64,000 bases of DNA from assembly GCA_036732005.1 (NCBI GenBank), contig DAINDF010000015.1, positions 8,406 to 72,405 of the forward strand. Reading direction: 5' to 3'. Position numbers and translations under genes: made by a program. This DNA comes from Phycisphaerales bacterium (GTDB lineage Bacteria; Planctomycetota; Phycisphaerae; Phycisphaerales; UBA1924). Of this stretch, positions 27,543-37,618 are shown piece by piece (position 1 is the stretch's first letter; every line of letters begins with the position of its first letter). Under the pieces are notes generated by a model, which worked only from the letters and a program-made list of their open reading frames with translations, had not been told where the DNA came from and made no database searches.

Positions 27543-28481
27543 TCAGGCCCGCATCACGAACCACAGCGCAACCATCAGAACACCGAACACACCCGCCGCC
27601 GCCTGGAACGGGCGATCCGACACCGCCAGTTCCGTCGGGTCGTCGTACCGGCCGTGCTCGAGCAGCAGGATCGCCCGCAGCAGCCCGTAGGTCGCCGGCA
27701 GGATGCTCACCCAGAGCCAGTTGAACCCGTGCACCGCGAAGTCCGCCTCGCGGGTCGTTACATACCCCGCGTAGGTCAACAGCGTGCCGACGGCGGTCAC
27801 GACCACCGCCATCCGGAGCAGTTCGTCCGAGTACTTCGCCTGCACGCCCCGCACGCTGGCCGCGTCCTCCCCCATCGACCGCCGCTCCCCGAGCCGCTTC
27901 CCGAACGCGAGGGTCATGCTCAGGAAGAGCGTCACATTCATCAGCCAGGTGGTCGGCGCGATCCCGATCGCGGCGCACCCCCCGAACACGCGGAGCACGA
28001 AGCCCATCGACAGGCTCATGACATCGGCGATGACGATGTGCTTGAGCCGGGCCGAGTACGCGATCACATTCGCCACATACCCCGCGACCAGCAGCCCCAT
28101 CACCCACCACGAGTGCGAGGGCAGCAGCACGACCAGCAAGGCCGACGCGGCGAAGAGCAGCCCCGCGTACCACCGCGCCACCCGGGGAGCGATCACGCCC
28201 GAGGCGATCGGGCGGTGCTTCTTGCGGGGGTGGTTGCGGTCCTCCTCCACATCGGCGAGGTCGTTGAGCACATAGCACCCGCTCGACGCCAGCGCGAACG
28301 CCGCGCACGCCATCAGCACATCCCACGCGAACCTCAACGCGTCCTCGGGCGAGTTGTCCACCATCCAATACGCGGGACCGATGAGCACGAAGACGCTCTT
28401 GGACCACTGCGTCGGCCGGGCGAGCCTGATCAGCCCGCGCCACACCGGCACGCCCGCCTCGCCCGGGGCGCCGCCGCTCAC
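27543..28481 (-). CDS. UbiA-family prenyl-phosphate phosphoribosyltransferase (decaprenyl-phosphate phosphoribosyltransferase-like)
   Basis: GTG at 28481 overlaps the stop codon of the upstream methyltransferase (GTGA). About 9 TM helices. Motif LNDLADVEEDRNHPRKKHRPIASG resembles the Rv3806c-type NDxxDxxxD...HP.K..RPIA.G signature. A second Asp-rich region is also present. Confidence 0.75.
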   Translation of the reverse strand: MSGGAPGEAGVPVWRGLIRLARPTQWSKSVFVLIGPAYWMVDNSPEDALRFAWDVLMACAAFALASSGCYVLNDLADVEEDRNHPRKKHRPIASGVIAPRVARWYAGLLFAASALLVVLLPSHSWWVMGLLVAGYVANVIAYSARLKHIVIADVMSLSMGFVLRVFGGCAAIGIAPTTWLMNVTLFLSMTLAFGKRLGERRSMGEDAASVRGVQAKYSDELLRMAVVVTAVGTLLTYAGYVTTREADFAVHGFNWLWVSILPATYGLLRAILLLEHGRYDDPTELAVSDRPFQAAAGVFGVLMVALWFVMRA

Positions 28482-29122
28482 GACCTCGCCCCGCCCGGGT
28501 GCGCCAGCACCACGAAGTAGTGCAGCGACCCCCCGAAGACCTGCTCGAACGGCGCGGGATAGACCCGCATCCCCGAACGCTCCGCCACGACCGACATCCC
28601 CAGCCGCTCCCGGAACGCCGACCATTCCGCCGGCGTGTTGTAGCGGTAAAGACAGGGCACCCCGTACGGCGCGTTCGCCGCCCAGTCGAGGAAACTGATC
28701 CGGCTCTGCGCCAGCACGCCCTTGACCTGGTGGTCCTTCACGATCAACGCTCGCGACGCGACGCGCGCGCACTCGGCGGCCAGACGGTCCGGCTCCGTCT
28801 CGTGGTGCAGCACATCCGCGACGATCACGACATGCACCGACCCGTCCCCGAGAGGAATCGCCCCCCCGTCGTACCCCAGCACCTCGATCGGCTCGCCCCC
28901 GCGGGGGGCCCGCTCCAGCCCGCGAACCCGCACGCCCGCGGGGCACCGGGGGTCGGCCAGCAAGGCCGCCCCGAGCGTCCCGTTCCCGCACCCGACATCG
29001 AGGACCTCGTCCCCGGGGCGGAGGTGGGGGAGAATCGAATCAACGAGAACCCCGAGCCGATGTCGATAGATGGGGCGGTGCAGGGCCGACATCACCGCTT
29101 TGGGGATCGAGGAAATCGGCAT
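28478..29122 (-). CDS. class I SAM-dependent methyltransferase
   Basis: ATG at 29122 preceded by GGAG. SAM motif I VLDVGCGNGTLG, then VIVADVLHH. Translationally coupled to the UbiA-family gene. Confidence 0.8.
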   Translation of the reverse strand: MPISSIPKAVMSALHRPIYRHRLGVLVDSILPHLRPGDEVLDVGCGNGTLGAALLADPRCPAGVRVRGLERAPRGGEPIEVLGYDGGAIPLGDGSVHVVIVADVLHHETEPDRLAAECARVASRALIVKDHQVKGVLAQSRISFLDWAANAPYGVPCLYRYNTPAEWSAFRERLGMSVVAERSGMRVYPAPFEQVFGGSLHYFVVLAHPGGARS

Positions 29123-29228
29123 CGTGACTCCGGGTACGCCCAAACGGGACGGCGGGGTCGGGCAGTTTAGTCCGGGCCGAGCCCACCCCGGGCCGCACAG
29201 AAAGACAGACCTCCCCCGAAGATCGGCC

Positions 29229-30692
29229 ATGGAGCAGGAGCGCATGAACCAACCCGCCCCGGCCCGCGACGAGGGGCGAGCCCCGTGGTGGCCCACGATC
29301 GTGGTGGTCTCGGCCTTCCTGCTGACCGCCGGGCCCCTGATCCTCACCCAGTTCGAGCGGGGGCGGGGCCGCTTCGACCAGATCAACTACCACGAGCCGG
29401 CGATCCTCCGGTTCGCCGAGCAGTTGCCGACGCCGGATGTCTCGGATTACCTGTCCGCCACCACACCCGGGTACCACCTTGTTCTGGCGGTCGCGGCCCG
29501 GCTGGTCTCGCCATCGCCCGTCCTGCTCCAGTCGCTCGGGGCCCTGTTCACGGTGGGGCTGCTCGGCGTGTTCACCCGGTGGCTGACCCCCCGGGCGGGC
29601 CCGGCGGCCTCGGCGGCGCTCGGGCTGGCCCTGGGCGCCTCGCTCTATGTCTTCTCCGCCGGGGTCTTTCTGCTGCCCGACAACGCCGCGTGGCTCGGGG
29701 TGCTCGGGGTCCTGCTGATCGCCCTGCGGCCCAGGTACGGCGCAGGAACCATGATCTGGGGGGGCCTGGCCCTGCTCGCCCTGGTGCTGACCCGCCAGAG
29801 CCACCTCTGGGCGGCGGGGCTCCTCTGGGCGGCGGCCTGGCTCGGGGGTGGGTTCTCGCCGAAACAGGGGGTCCTTGGTGAGGTCGGCTCGCTCTTCACG
29901 GACCCCGGGGCGCGGCTCCGGCGGCTGGCGCTGGCGGTGCTCGCGACGGCCCCGGCGATCCTGGTGGTGGGCTGGTTCGCCCGGCTCTGGGGGGGGCTGA
30001 CGGTCCCGATCTACCACGACTACATGCAGGGTGCCAACCCGGCGACGCCGGCGATCATCCTGGCCCAGATCGGGGTGATCGCGGTGTTTCATGCGGGATT
30101 CTGGTGGCGGCCGGCGTGGGAGCTCGTGCGCACGAAGCCGGCGCTCGTCGCGGGCGTGCTGGCGCTGGGTCTGATCGTGGTGCTGGCCCCCGAGACCACC
30201 TACAGCGTGGAGGCCGGGCGGTACAGCGGGCTGTGGAACATCTCGGCCAAGGCCCCGGACCTGCTGGGGCGGACGAATTCGCTGCTTCTGCTGCTGGCGC
30301 CGGCGGGGGCGGCGGCGGTCGCGGCGTGGATGGCGGGGGTGGATGCCCGGAGCCGGTGGGTGCTGCTCGGGGCGCTCGTGGGCTTCACGGCGGCGGTCTC
30401 GATGACCCACAACGCCTGGCAGCGGTACCACGAGCCGATGCTTCTGATGCTGACTGGGGTGATGTCGGCGGGCGTCGCGGCCCGGGTCGGGGCAGGGGGC
30501 CGGCTTGAGCGCCTGGCCCGGGTCGCCGGGCCTGGGGTGCTGGCGGTGGTGCTGGCGGTGGTGACGGCGGGGAAGTTCCGGTCCGAGGCGCCGGTGACCA
30601 CCCCGATCGAGCGGCAGGAATCGGTGGCGAGGCCTTTGAAGGAGCTGTGGCCCACGCGGTGGGAGCGTCTGGAGGGGACGGATCTGGATTGA
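29229..30692 (+). CDS. polytopic membrane protein, GT-C-like glycosyltransferase (tentative)
   Basis: About 487 aa with 10 or more hydrophobic helices. The first predicted loop is FERGRGRFDQINYHEPAI. Divergently transcribed from the methyltransferase/UbiA pair. The function is inferred from topology and context only. Confidence 0.6.
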   Translation: MEQERMNQPAPARDEGRAPWWPTIVVVSAFLLTAGPLILTQFERGRGRFDQINYHEPAILRFAEQLPTPDVSDYLSATTPGYHLVLAVAARLVSPSPVLLQSLGALFTVGLLGVFTRWLTPRAGPAASAALGLALGASLYVFSAGVFLLPDNAAWLGVLGVLLIALRPRYGAGTMIWGGLALLALVLTRQSHLWAAGLLWAAAWLGGGFSPKQGVLGEVGSLFTDPGARLRRLALAVLATAPAILVVGWFARLWGGLTVPIYHDYMQGANPATPAIILAQIGVIAVFHAGFWWRPAWELVRTKPALVAGVLALGLIVVLAPETTYSVEAGRYSGLWNISAKAPDLLGRTNSLLLLLAPAGAAAVAAWMAGVDARSRWVLLGALVGFTAAVSMTHNAWQRYHEPMLLMLTGVMSAGVAARVGAGGRLERLARVAGPGVLAVVLAVVTAGKFRSEAPVTTPIERQESVARPLKELWPTRWERLEGTDLD

Positions 30693-30920
30693 ATCGGGCG
30701 TGGACGGCGAACCGGCGTGTGGACAAGGCGTAAGGTTCGCTCCGGTCCCTGGGGAGGGGCAGGGAACGGTGGGTGCGTCTCAACCCGCGGAGGCGGGTGG
30801 CCGACACCGAGTGCAGCAGGCCGGGTTTCCGGCGGGCCGGCGGTCGCCGGGGCGGTGGTGTCGCCGCTTCCGGGGGGCGTGCGGGATCGCGGCGGGGCGC
30901 GCCCGAGAGGAGTCGAAGCG

Positions 30921-31985
30921 ATGTCGCAGGCGAAGCCGAAGCGGGCGTTGGTCACGGGGATCACGGGTCAGGACGGCTCGTACCTGGCGGAGTTCCTGAT
31001 CGGCAAGGGGTACGAGGTGCACGGGATCATCCGTCGCGCGTCGACCTTCAACACGCAGCGGCTGGACCACATCTACCTGGACCCGCATGTGAAGGACGGG
31101 CACCTCCGGCTTCACTACGGGGACCTGACGGACTCGAACAGCCTGACGCGGCTGCTGGACCTGATCAAGCCGCACGAGATCTACAACCTGGGTGCGCAGA
31201 GCCATGTGCGGGTGTCGTTCGACATGCCGATCTACACGGCCGAGACAGTGGCGATGGGGGCGCTCAAGCTGCTGGAGGCGACGAAGGACTACCGGGACCG
31301 GACGGGCGTGGATGTGCGTTACTACCAGGCGTCGAGTTCCGAGCAGTACGGGAAGGTGATGGAGGTGCCGCAGACGGAGACGACGCCGTTCTATCCGCGT
31401 TCTCCGTACGCGTGCGCGAAGGTGATGGGTCACTGGGCGACGGTGAATTACCGGGAGTCGTACGGGCTTCACGCGTCGTGCGGGATCCTGTTCAACCACG
31501 AGAGCCCGCGTCGGGGCGAGACCTTCGTGACGCGGAAGATCACGCGTGCGGTGGGCCGGATCAAGATGGGGCTGCAGAAGAAGGTGTTCCTCGGGAACCT
31601 GGACTCGAAGCGGGACTGGGGCTTCGCGGGGGACTATGTGAAGATGATGTGGATGATGCTGCAGCAGGAGTCTCCGGACGATTATGTGATCGCGACGGGG
31701 CGGACGATCACGGTGCGTGAGTTCGCCGACCTTGCGTTCAAGCACGCGGGCCTGAATTTCGTGGACCATGTGGAGTTCGATCCTCGGTACCTTCGTCCGG
31801 CGGAGGTGGACCTGCTGCTGGGGGACCCGGCGAAGGCGAAGGCGAAGCTGGGGTGGGTTCCGGAGACGAGCGTCGAGGAACTGGCGGCGATGATGGTGGA
31901 TCACGATGTGGAGTTGGCCAAGCGTGAGAAGACGCTCCGCGACGCCGGGCATGAGATGCCCGAGTTCATTGGGCACGACCAGTAA
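30921..31985 (+). CDS. gmd: GDP-mannose 4,6-dehydratase
   Basis: ATG at 30921 preceded by [85 protein letters not shown]. Confidence 0.95.
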   Translation: MSQAKPKRALVTGITGQDGSYLAEFLIGKGYEVHGIIRRASTFNTQRLDHIYLDPHVKDGHLRLHYGDLTDSNSLTRLLDLIKPHEIYNLGAQSHVRVSFDMPIYTAETVAMGALKLLEATKDYRDRTGVDVRYYQASSSEQYGKVMEVPQTETTPFYPRSPYACAKVMGHWATVNYRESYGLHASCGILFNHESPRRGETFVTRKITRAVGRIKMGLQKKVFLGNLDSKRDWGFAGDYVKMMWMMLQQESPDDYVIATGRTITVREFADLAFKHAGLNFVDHVEFDPRYLRPAEVDLLLGDPAKAKAKLGWVPETSVEELAAMMVDHDVELAKREKTLRDAGHEMPEFIGHDQ

Positions 31986-32021
31986 TCCTCGGGGCGGGGC
32001 CCGCCCGCCGGAGCGCTCGGG

Positions 32022-33383
32022 ATGAACACGCTCATCTTGGTGACGGCGCTGCTGGGGCTCGGGCTCGGGTCGCTGTACACGCTGTTCAAGCCGCGGTGGG
32101 CGATCCTGTTCATCATCGTGCTGTACCCGCTGGAGCAGTTGCTGATTACCTCGTCGGGGTTCTTCGCGGCGAACGGGAAGCTGCTGAACATCCTGGTGGG
32201 CGGTCTGGCGGTGTTCGGCTCGGCGTCGGCGTTGCTGGCGGGGCGGGCTCCGTTCCGCGGGTACTTCAACGGGGTGATGTGGTTCACGCTGGCGCTGTAT
32301 GTGTGGGCGGTGATGGGGATCGCGTTCACGCCGGACCAGCCGAAGGCGATCGACGACCTGACGGCGGGCCTGCCGTACCTGGTGCTGTTCCTCGCGTTCC
32401 CGGCGATGCTTGTGCAGGACCTGCCGGATTTTCGCCGGCTGATGGTGCCGGTGATGGTTGCGGGGACGGCGATCGTGGCGATGATCGTGGCGAGCCCGAA
32501 CACGGCGATGTTCGGCGGGCGGCTCGGGATGGAGGGTGTCGCGGGCGGCGGCGCGATCCAGAACCCGCTGGCGCCGGCGACGCTGGGGGGGACGATCGCG
32601 ATCATCGGGGTGCTGTACAAGCCGGAGCGGGGTCAGTTTCTGGTCCACATGATCCGTGGCGCGGCGGTGGCGTCGGGCCTGGCGATCGCGATGCTCTCGG
32701 GGTCACGCGGGCAGTTGCTCGCGGCGGCGGGGTGCGCGTTGCTGCTGTTCCCGTTCGCGCGCCAGATCAAGAACCTCGTGCAGTTCGTCGCGGTCGGCGC
32801 GTCGGCGATGATCGTGCTCGTGTTCGGCTACATGGTGCTCTCGCTGGTGACGACGAGCGACGCGGCGGGGCGGTGGGACAGCGAATCGCTTGGCGAGGGC
32901 CTCGGCAACCGGTTCGACATGGTGCTCACGCTGGTGGGAGAGTGGGCGTCGAGCCCGGCGAATTACCTGCAGGGGCTGGGGACCTCGTCGTTCCTGGTCT
33001 ACTGGCGGAACGACAAGATCCCGTACATCCACAACATGGTGGCGCAGGTGCTGACCGAGCACGGCCTGGTCGGGATGGCGATCCTGGGCATGATCATGCT
33101 CCTGACGCTCAAGGCGAGCTTCGACCTGCTCCGGATGTTCCGTGATCGCCCGCAGGAGCTTTCGACCGCGGCGATCCTGATCGCGATCTGCCTGTATCAG
33201 TTTCTGCTCTCGCTCAAGCAGGGGAGTTTCTTCACCTCGGGGATGCCGTTCTCCTGGTTCCTGATCCTCTCGAAGATCCACGCCCGGTCGATGAAGGACG
33301 CGGCGCAGTATGGTGCGTGGCCCGTGGACGAATCGGGGTATGACGAGGAGTACGGGTACGGGGAGCTCCGCGAAGCGTCGTGA
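32022..33383 (+). CDS. O-antigen ligase/polymerase family membrane protein (Wzy_C-type)
   Basis: 453 aa with about 10-12 TM helices. MLSGSRGQLLAAAG and IHNMVAQVLTEHGLVGMAILG are typical of the O-antigen ligase domain. Confidence 0.8.
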   Translation: MNTLILVTALLGLGLGSLYTLFKPRWAILFIIVLYPLEQLLITSSGFFAANGKLLNILVGGLAVFGSASALLAGRAPFRGYFNGVMWFTLALYVWAVMGIAFTPDQPKAIDDLTAGLPYLVLFLAFPAMLVQDLPDFRRLMVPVMVAGTAIVAMIVASPNTAMFGGRLGMEGVAGGGAIQNPLAPATLGGTIAIIGVLYKPERGQFLVHMIRGAAVASGLAIAMLSGSRGQLLAAAGCALLLFPFARQIKNLVQFVAVGASAMIVLVFGYMVLSLVTTSDAAGRWDSESLGEGLGNRFDMVLTLVGEWASSPANYLQGLGTSSFLVYWRNDKIPYIHNMVAQVLTEHGLVGMAILGMIMLLTLKASFDLLRMFRDRPQELSTAAILIAICLYQFLLSLKQGSFFTSGMPFSWFLILSKIHARSMKDAAQYGAWPVDESGYDEEYGYGELREAS

Positions 33384-33440
33384 GCCGGGCGGGTCGGGAC
33401 GGGTCGTCGTTGTTTGGCGCCGCGGGCGCGGGCGGGGCGG

Positions 33441-35003
33441 ATGACGCAGCAGTCGGCGGGGATCGAGACGGTCGCGGCGGTGCCCGGGGAGCCGGTGGTT
33501 GCGCCGCCTGTTCGGGGCGGGGGCCTGGGCGACAAGGCGGCGGCGGGGTTCGCGCTGCTGGTGTTCCAGACGCTGGTGGTGCGCGCGGTGCGCATGGTCG
33601 GGAGCATCGTGCTGGCGTGGCTGTTGTTCCCGGACGACTTTGCGTTGTTCGGGACGGCGACGATCCTGCACATGTTCGTCTCGGTGCTGAAAAACGCCGG
33701 GCTGCGGGACATCCTGGTGCAGCGGCAGGCGCGGGTGCGCAAGTGGATCAACCCGGCGGTGTGGATGAGCGCGGGGCTCGGGGTCGGGGGCGGGCTGATC
33801 ATGGTGGCGGCCGCGCCGGCGCTGGCGTGGTTCTTCGAGCGTCCGGACATGATCCCGCTGGTGCTGGTGCTGGCGGCGACGACGCCGGTGCAGTCGCTCG
33901 GGCAGGTTCCGACGGCGCTGCTGCACGCGCAGTTGCGGTTCAAGACGCTGGCGAACATCGAGGCGGCGAACAACATCGCGCTCATGGCGTTCCAGGTCTA
34001 CTTCGCCTGGGCGGGGCTGGGGGCGCTGAGTTTCGTGCTGCCGATGCTGCTGCTGGCGTTGTTGCGGACGGCGTACACCTGGTGGCTGGTGAGGCCGGCG
34101 ACGCGGTGGAACCCGCAGTTCCGGCGGTGGCGCTACCTGGTGGGCGATTCGGCGAGGCTGATCGCGGGGGACATCGCGCGGACGGTCACCTTTCAGGGCG
34201 ACTATGTGGTGATGGCGCGGGCCTTCCCGGGGAGCGCGGCGGTCGGGCACTACTTCTACGCGTTCAACCTCTCGAGCCAGTTCGTGCAGTTGCTGGCGCG
34301 GAACATGGACACGGTGCTGTTCCCGGCGCTGGCGCACATCCAGTCGGACGCGAAGCGGCACTTCGCGGCGTACCTGAAGGCGCTGCACATCATGACGGTG
34401 GTGGGCATCCCGCTGTGCATGCTGCAGGCGGCGACGGCCGAGCCGGTGGTCAACGCGATCCTGCCGGAGCGGTTCCACCCGACGGTGCCCTATGTCGTGC
34501 TGCTGAGCATGGGGATGGGCCCGCGGTTCGCGATCGTGCCCGCGGTGGCGATGCTGCGCTCGGAGGGCCGGTTCAAGGCGTTCTTCACGCTGAACTGGGT
34601 GTTCGCGGCGCTGGTGGTCGGGCTCGCGGTGGTGGGCGCGCTCTTCGGGAGCCCGATCGGGGTGGCGGCGGGCGTCGTGGCGGCGATGGCGATCGCGGCG
34701 TTGGTGTTCGTGTTCGTGACGCTCAGGCCGCACGGGAAGGCGCTGCGGCGCACGCTGATGGTCTTCGCGTGGCCGACGATCCTGGGCGGGGGCGGGTGCG
34801 CGGCGGGGTGGTGGGCGTCGCAGTTGCTGCCGCAGGAGGGGATATTCTGGCAGTTGGCGCGGGCGGGGGTGGTGTGCGTCGTGGCGGCGGGCGTGTACAT
34901 CCCGCTGATCCGGGTCGTTGAGCCGGAGGCGTGCAGGGAGCTCACGGGTCGTGTGATGCGGCTGGTTCGGCGTCGCGGGGCCCGGAAGGCCGCGGCGGAT
35001 TGA
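33441..35003 (+). CDS. polysaccharide/oligosaccharide flippase (Wzx, MOP superfamily)
   Basis: ATG at 33441; the frame is open to a TTG at 33414. Polytopic. VRMVGSIVLAWLLFPDDFALFG, LRDILVQRQ and QLRFKTLANIEAANNIA are typical of Wzx-type polysaccharide biosynthesis proteins. Confidence 0.8.
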   Translation: MTQQSAGIETVAAVPGEPVVAPPVRGGGLGDKAAAGFALLVFQTLVVRAVRMVGSIVLAWLLFPDDFALFGTATILHMFVSVLKNAGLRDILVQRQARVRKWINPAVWMSAGLGVGGGLIMVAAAPALAWFFERPDMIPLVLVLAATTPVQSLGQVPTALLHAQLRFKTLANIEAANNIALMAFQVYFAWAGLGALSFVLPMLLLALLRTAYTWWLVRPATRWNPQFRRWRYLVGDSARLIAGDIARTVTFQGDYVVMARAFPGSAAVGHYFYAFNLSSQFVQLLARNMDTVLFPALAHIQSDAKRHFAAYLKALHIMTVVGIPLCMLQAATAEPVVNAILPERFHPTVPYVVLLSMGMGPRFAIVPAVAMLRSEGRFKAFFTLNWVFAALVVGLAVVGALFGSPIGVAAGVVAAMAIAALVFVFVTLRPHGKALRRTLMVFAWPTILGGGGCAAGWWASQLLPQEGIFWQLARAGVVCVVAAGVYIPLIRVVEPEACRELTGRVMRLVRRRGARKAAAD

Positions 35004-35015
35004 GGGGGATCGGGG

Positions 35016-36239
35016 ATGCCGACGGTCGCGATCTGCGGGGAGAAGTACAGCTCGAACCTGGGCGACGGGGTGATCGCGGACTGCCTGGAGTGGCTGATCG
35101 GGCACGAGCGTCCCGATGTGGCGGTCCGGACGGTGGACATGTCGCGGAAGACGGCGTTCAGCGCCGAGGCGGAGGTGACTGTCGAGGGCGCGGGGCGGCC
35201 GCGGTCACGCGCGCGGGATCTCATTCCGGGGTTCGTGCGGCGATCGATCCGGGAGGCGCAGTGGGAGCGCGGGCCCGGACCGAGGCTGCACCGGCACGCC
35301 GCGGAGATCCTGCGCGGGTGCGATGCGCTGGTCATCGGGGGCGGGCAGTTGCTGATGGACAACAACCTTCGGTTCCCGATGAAGATCCGCAGCGTGACCT
35401 CGGCGGCGCGGGCGGCGGGGGTGCCAAAGATGGCGTGCTTCGGCGTGGGCGTCGGGGGGAAGTGGTCGGGGCGGGGGCGGCAGATCCTCGCGTCGGCGCT
35501 GCGCGAGCCAACGCTGACGGCGCTGGTGGTACGGGACGAGACCTCGGGGCGGACGATCGCCCGGGAGTTCCCAACCCTGGGGCCACTCACGAGCGTGGCG
35601 GGCGACCCGGCGCTGTTTTCGGGTGAGGCGTACGGGTGCGGGGTCAGCCCCAGCACGGACGGCCCCGTGGGGCTCGGGGTGCTCGGGCTGCGGCTGCTTT
35701 CGGCGACGGCGGGGCAGCCCGGGGTGTCCGACCCGCGGGCGGCCTCGGAGGCGTTCTGGCTCGGGGTGATCGATGGGCTGCACCGCGCGGGCCGTCGCGC
35801 CGAGTTGTTCACGAACGGCGACGAGCTCGATCAGGCGTTCGCCGAGCATCTCGCGAAGGCGAACCGGGATCGGGGCGGGCCCGAGGTGGCGCTGGCGCCC
35901 CGGCCGACGGACCCGGGAGCCCTCGTGCGGCGGATCTCGGGCTACTCGGGCCTGATCGCGTACCGGCTGCACTCGAACATCATCGGGTATTCGCTGGGGA
36001 TCCCCGGGGCGCTGATGACCTGGGACAGCAAGGTCAGGCACTTCGCGGAGATGACGGGGCGGGGGGAACTCGCGTTCCCGGGGCTCGGGGTTGATGCGGA
36101 GGCCGTGGTCGGGGCGGCGCTGGGGGCGATGCAGTGCGGGCTGGACCGCTCGGTGTGGGCGGCGACGCGCGAGCGGGTCCGTTCATCGCTTCGCGACACG
36201 CTCGACGGGCTGCTCGGGGCGGGGGGTCAGCGCGCCTGA
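35016..36239 (+). CDS. polysaccharide pyruvyl transferase family protein
   Basis: 407 aa. MPTVAICGEKYSSNLGDGVIADCL, LVIGGGQLLMDN and AYRLHSNIIGYSLGIP match the CsaB/WcaK-type pyruvyl transferase pattern. Confidence 0.75.
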   Translation: MPTVAICGEKYSSNLGDGVIADCLEWLIGHERPDVAVRTVDMSRKTAFSAEAEVTVEGAGRPRSRARDLIPGFVRRSIREAQWERGPGPRLHRHAAEILRGCDALVIGGGQLLMDNNLRFPMKIRSVTSAARAAGVPKMACFGVGVGGKWSGRGRQILASALREPTLTALVVRDETSGRTIAREFPTLGPLTSVAGDPALFSGEAYGCGVSPSTDGPVGLGVLGLRLLSATAGQPGVSDPRAASEAFWLGVIDGLHRAGRRAELFTNGDELDQAFAEHLAKANRDRGGPEVALAPRPTDPGALVRRISGYSGLIAYRLHSNIIGYSLGIPGALMTWDSKVRHFAEMTGRGELAFPGLGVDAEAVVGAALGAMQCGLDRSVWAATRERVRSSLRDTLDGLLGAGGQRA

Positions 36240-37534
36240 CGGCGGCGGAGCGTCGCGACGACGCGCTGCTTGACGCGGCGGGCGAGCGACATGGTCGACG
36301 CCGCCATCAGGAAACGGTCGCGGATCGGGCTGGCGCCGGGGATCTTCGAGAGCATCGCGACGAGTTCCTCGGTGCGGGCCTGGTCAACGACGCCCGGGAT
36401 GGCGTGGAGCCTCGCGGCGAGGTCGTCGCGCGAACCTCCCTGCATGGCGGCCCCGATGACGGCGAGCATGCGATCGGTGATCGCCTTGGGGTCGCAGTGC
36501 TCGCGGATCCATCGGGCGGCGCCCTCTCCCAGCGCGGCGCGTTCCGAGGGTTGATCGACCAGCGACGCGAGCGCCCGGGCGAAATGCCTCGCATCGCCCG
36601 CGACGAGCCCGCCCCGCCCGTGCCCGACGACCTCGACCTGGGAATTGGCCCGCGCGGGCGTGCTGAGCGTGACCGTCGGCACCCGGGCGAGCCCGGCCTC
36701 GCAGATCACCATGCCGAAGGTCTCCCCGCACCGCGAGGCGTGGGCGAAGACATCGAGCGATCCGTAGCAGCGGCGGAGGGCCGCGTCGCCGTGGAGGAAA
36801 TCGATGCCGACCACTCTGCGGCGGACGGGCTCTGGGAGTTCATCGCGGACGGGGTGGAGCTCCCTGGGCAGGCCCACGGTCACGAGCCAGACCCGCTCGT
36901 CGCGGGCGGCGACCTCGGCGAACGCGCGGAAGAGGACGCGGGACCAACTCGGGCGGTTGGGCTGGCCGATGCGCCCGAGGACGATCGCGTCGGCGGGCAG
37001 GCCGTGCTCGGCCCGCCATTCGTTCCGTGCGTCCGGGTCGATGGGGCCGAACTGATCGGCGCGGATGATGTGGGGCAGGGCGATGCCGACGGGGGCGGGC
37101 GAGAGGCCATGGCATCGGCGGCGCCACTGCCACAGGCACCACTTGGAGAGTTGCACATGGACAGCGATCAGGCCCCGGGCCTCGCTGCGGTCGGCGCGCG
37201 AGAAGTGGTTCGTCTCGACGACGGCCCGGACGCCGGCGGCGCGGAGCGCGGCCAGGATGGCGTCGGTCTGCGGGTCGGCCGCGCCGGGGCGGTGGACATG
37301 CACGGCGTCGGGCCCCCACGCGATCGCCCGGCGCAGGGACTCGTCGGGCCCGTCGGCCTCGGCCTGGAAGACGGGGATGCCGCGGGCGAGCAGCGGCTCG
37401 AGGCGGGGGCCGCCGGATTCGTAGGCGAAGACGGCGGAGTCGACGCCGGCGTCGTGATAGCACTCGGCGTGCGTCTGGGCGGAACGCTGCGTGCCGCCGG
37501 GGCCCAGGTTTCGGACAACCGTCAGGATTCGCAT
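36227..37534 (-). CDS. glycosyltransferase family 4 (GT-B fold)
   Basis: ATG at 37534 (MRILTVVRNLGPGGTQRS). The C-terminal half contains FAHASRCGETFGMVICEAGLARVP, an E(x7)E-like motif. Confidence 0.82.
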   Translation of the reverse strand: MRILTVVRNLGPGGTQRSAQTHAECYHDAGVDSAVFAYESGGPRLEPLLARGIPVFQAEADGPDESLRRAIAWGPDAVHVHRPGAADPQTDAILAALRAAGVRAVVETNHFSRADRSEARGLIAVHVQLSKWCLWQWRRRCHGLSPAPVGIALPHIIRADQFGPIDPDARNEWRAEHGLPADAIVLGRIGQPNRPSWSRVLFRAFAEVAARDERVWLVTVGLPRELHPVRDELPEPVRRRVVGIDFLHGDAALRRCYGSLDVFAHASRCGETFGMVICEAGLARVPTVTLSTPARANSQVEVVGHGRGGLVAGDARHFARALASLVDQPSERAALGEGAARWIREHCDPKAITDRMLAVIGAAMQGGSRDDLAARLHAIPGVVDQARTEELVAMLSKIPGASPIRDRFLMAASTMSLARRVKQRVVATLRRRQAR

Positions 37535-37618
37535 GCAGGGGCTCGGCACTGGGTTCGCGTGGGGCGCGGCTGGCCTCGGGGCGCGATTGGTGGGCCCGAG
37601 TATACGGGTGCGCCCGAA

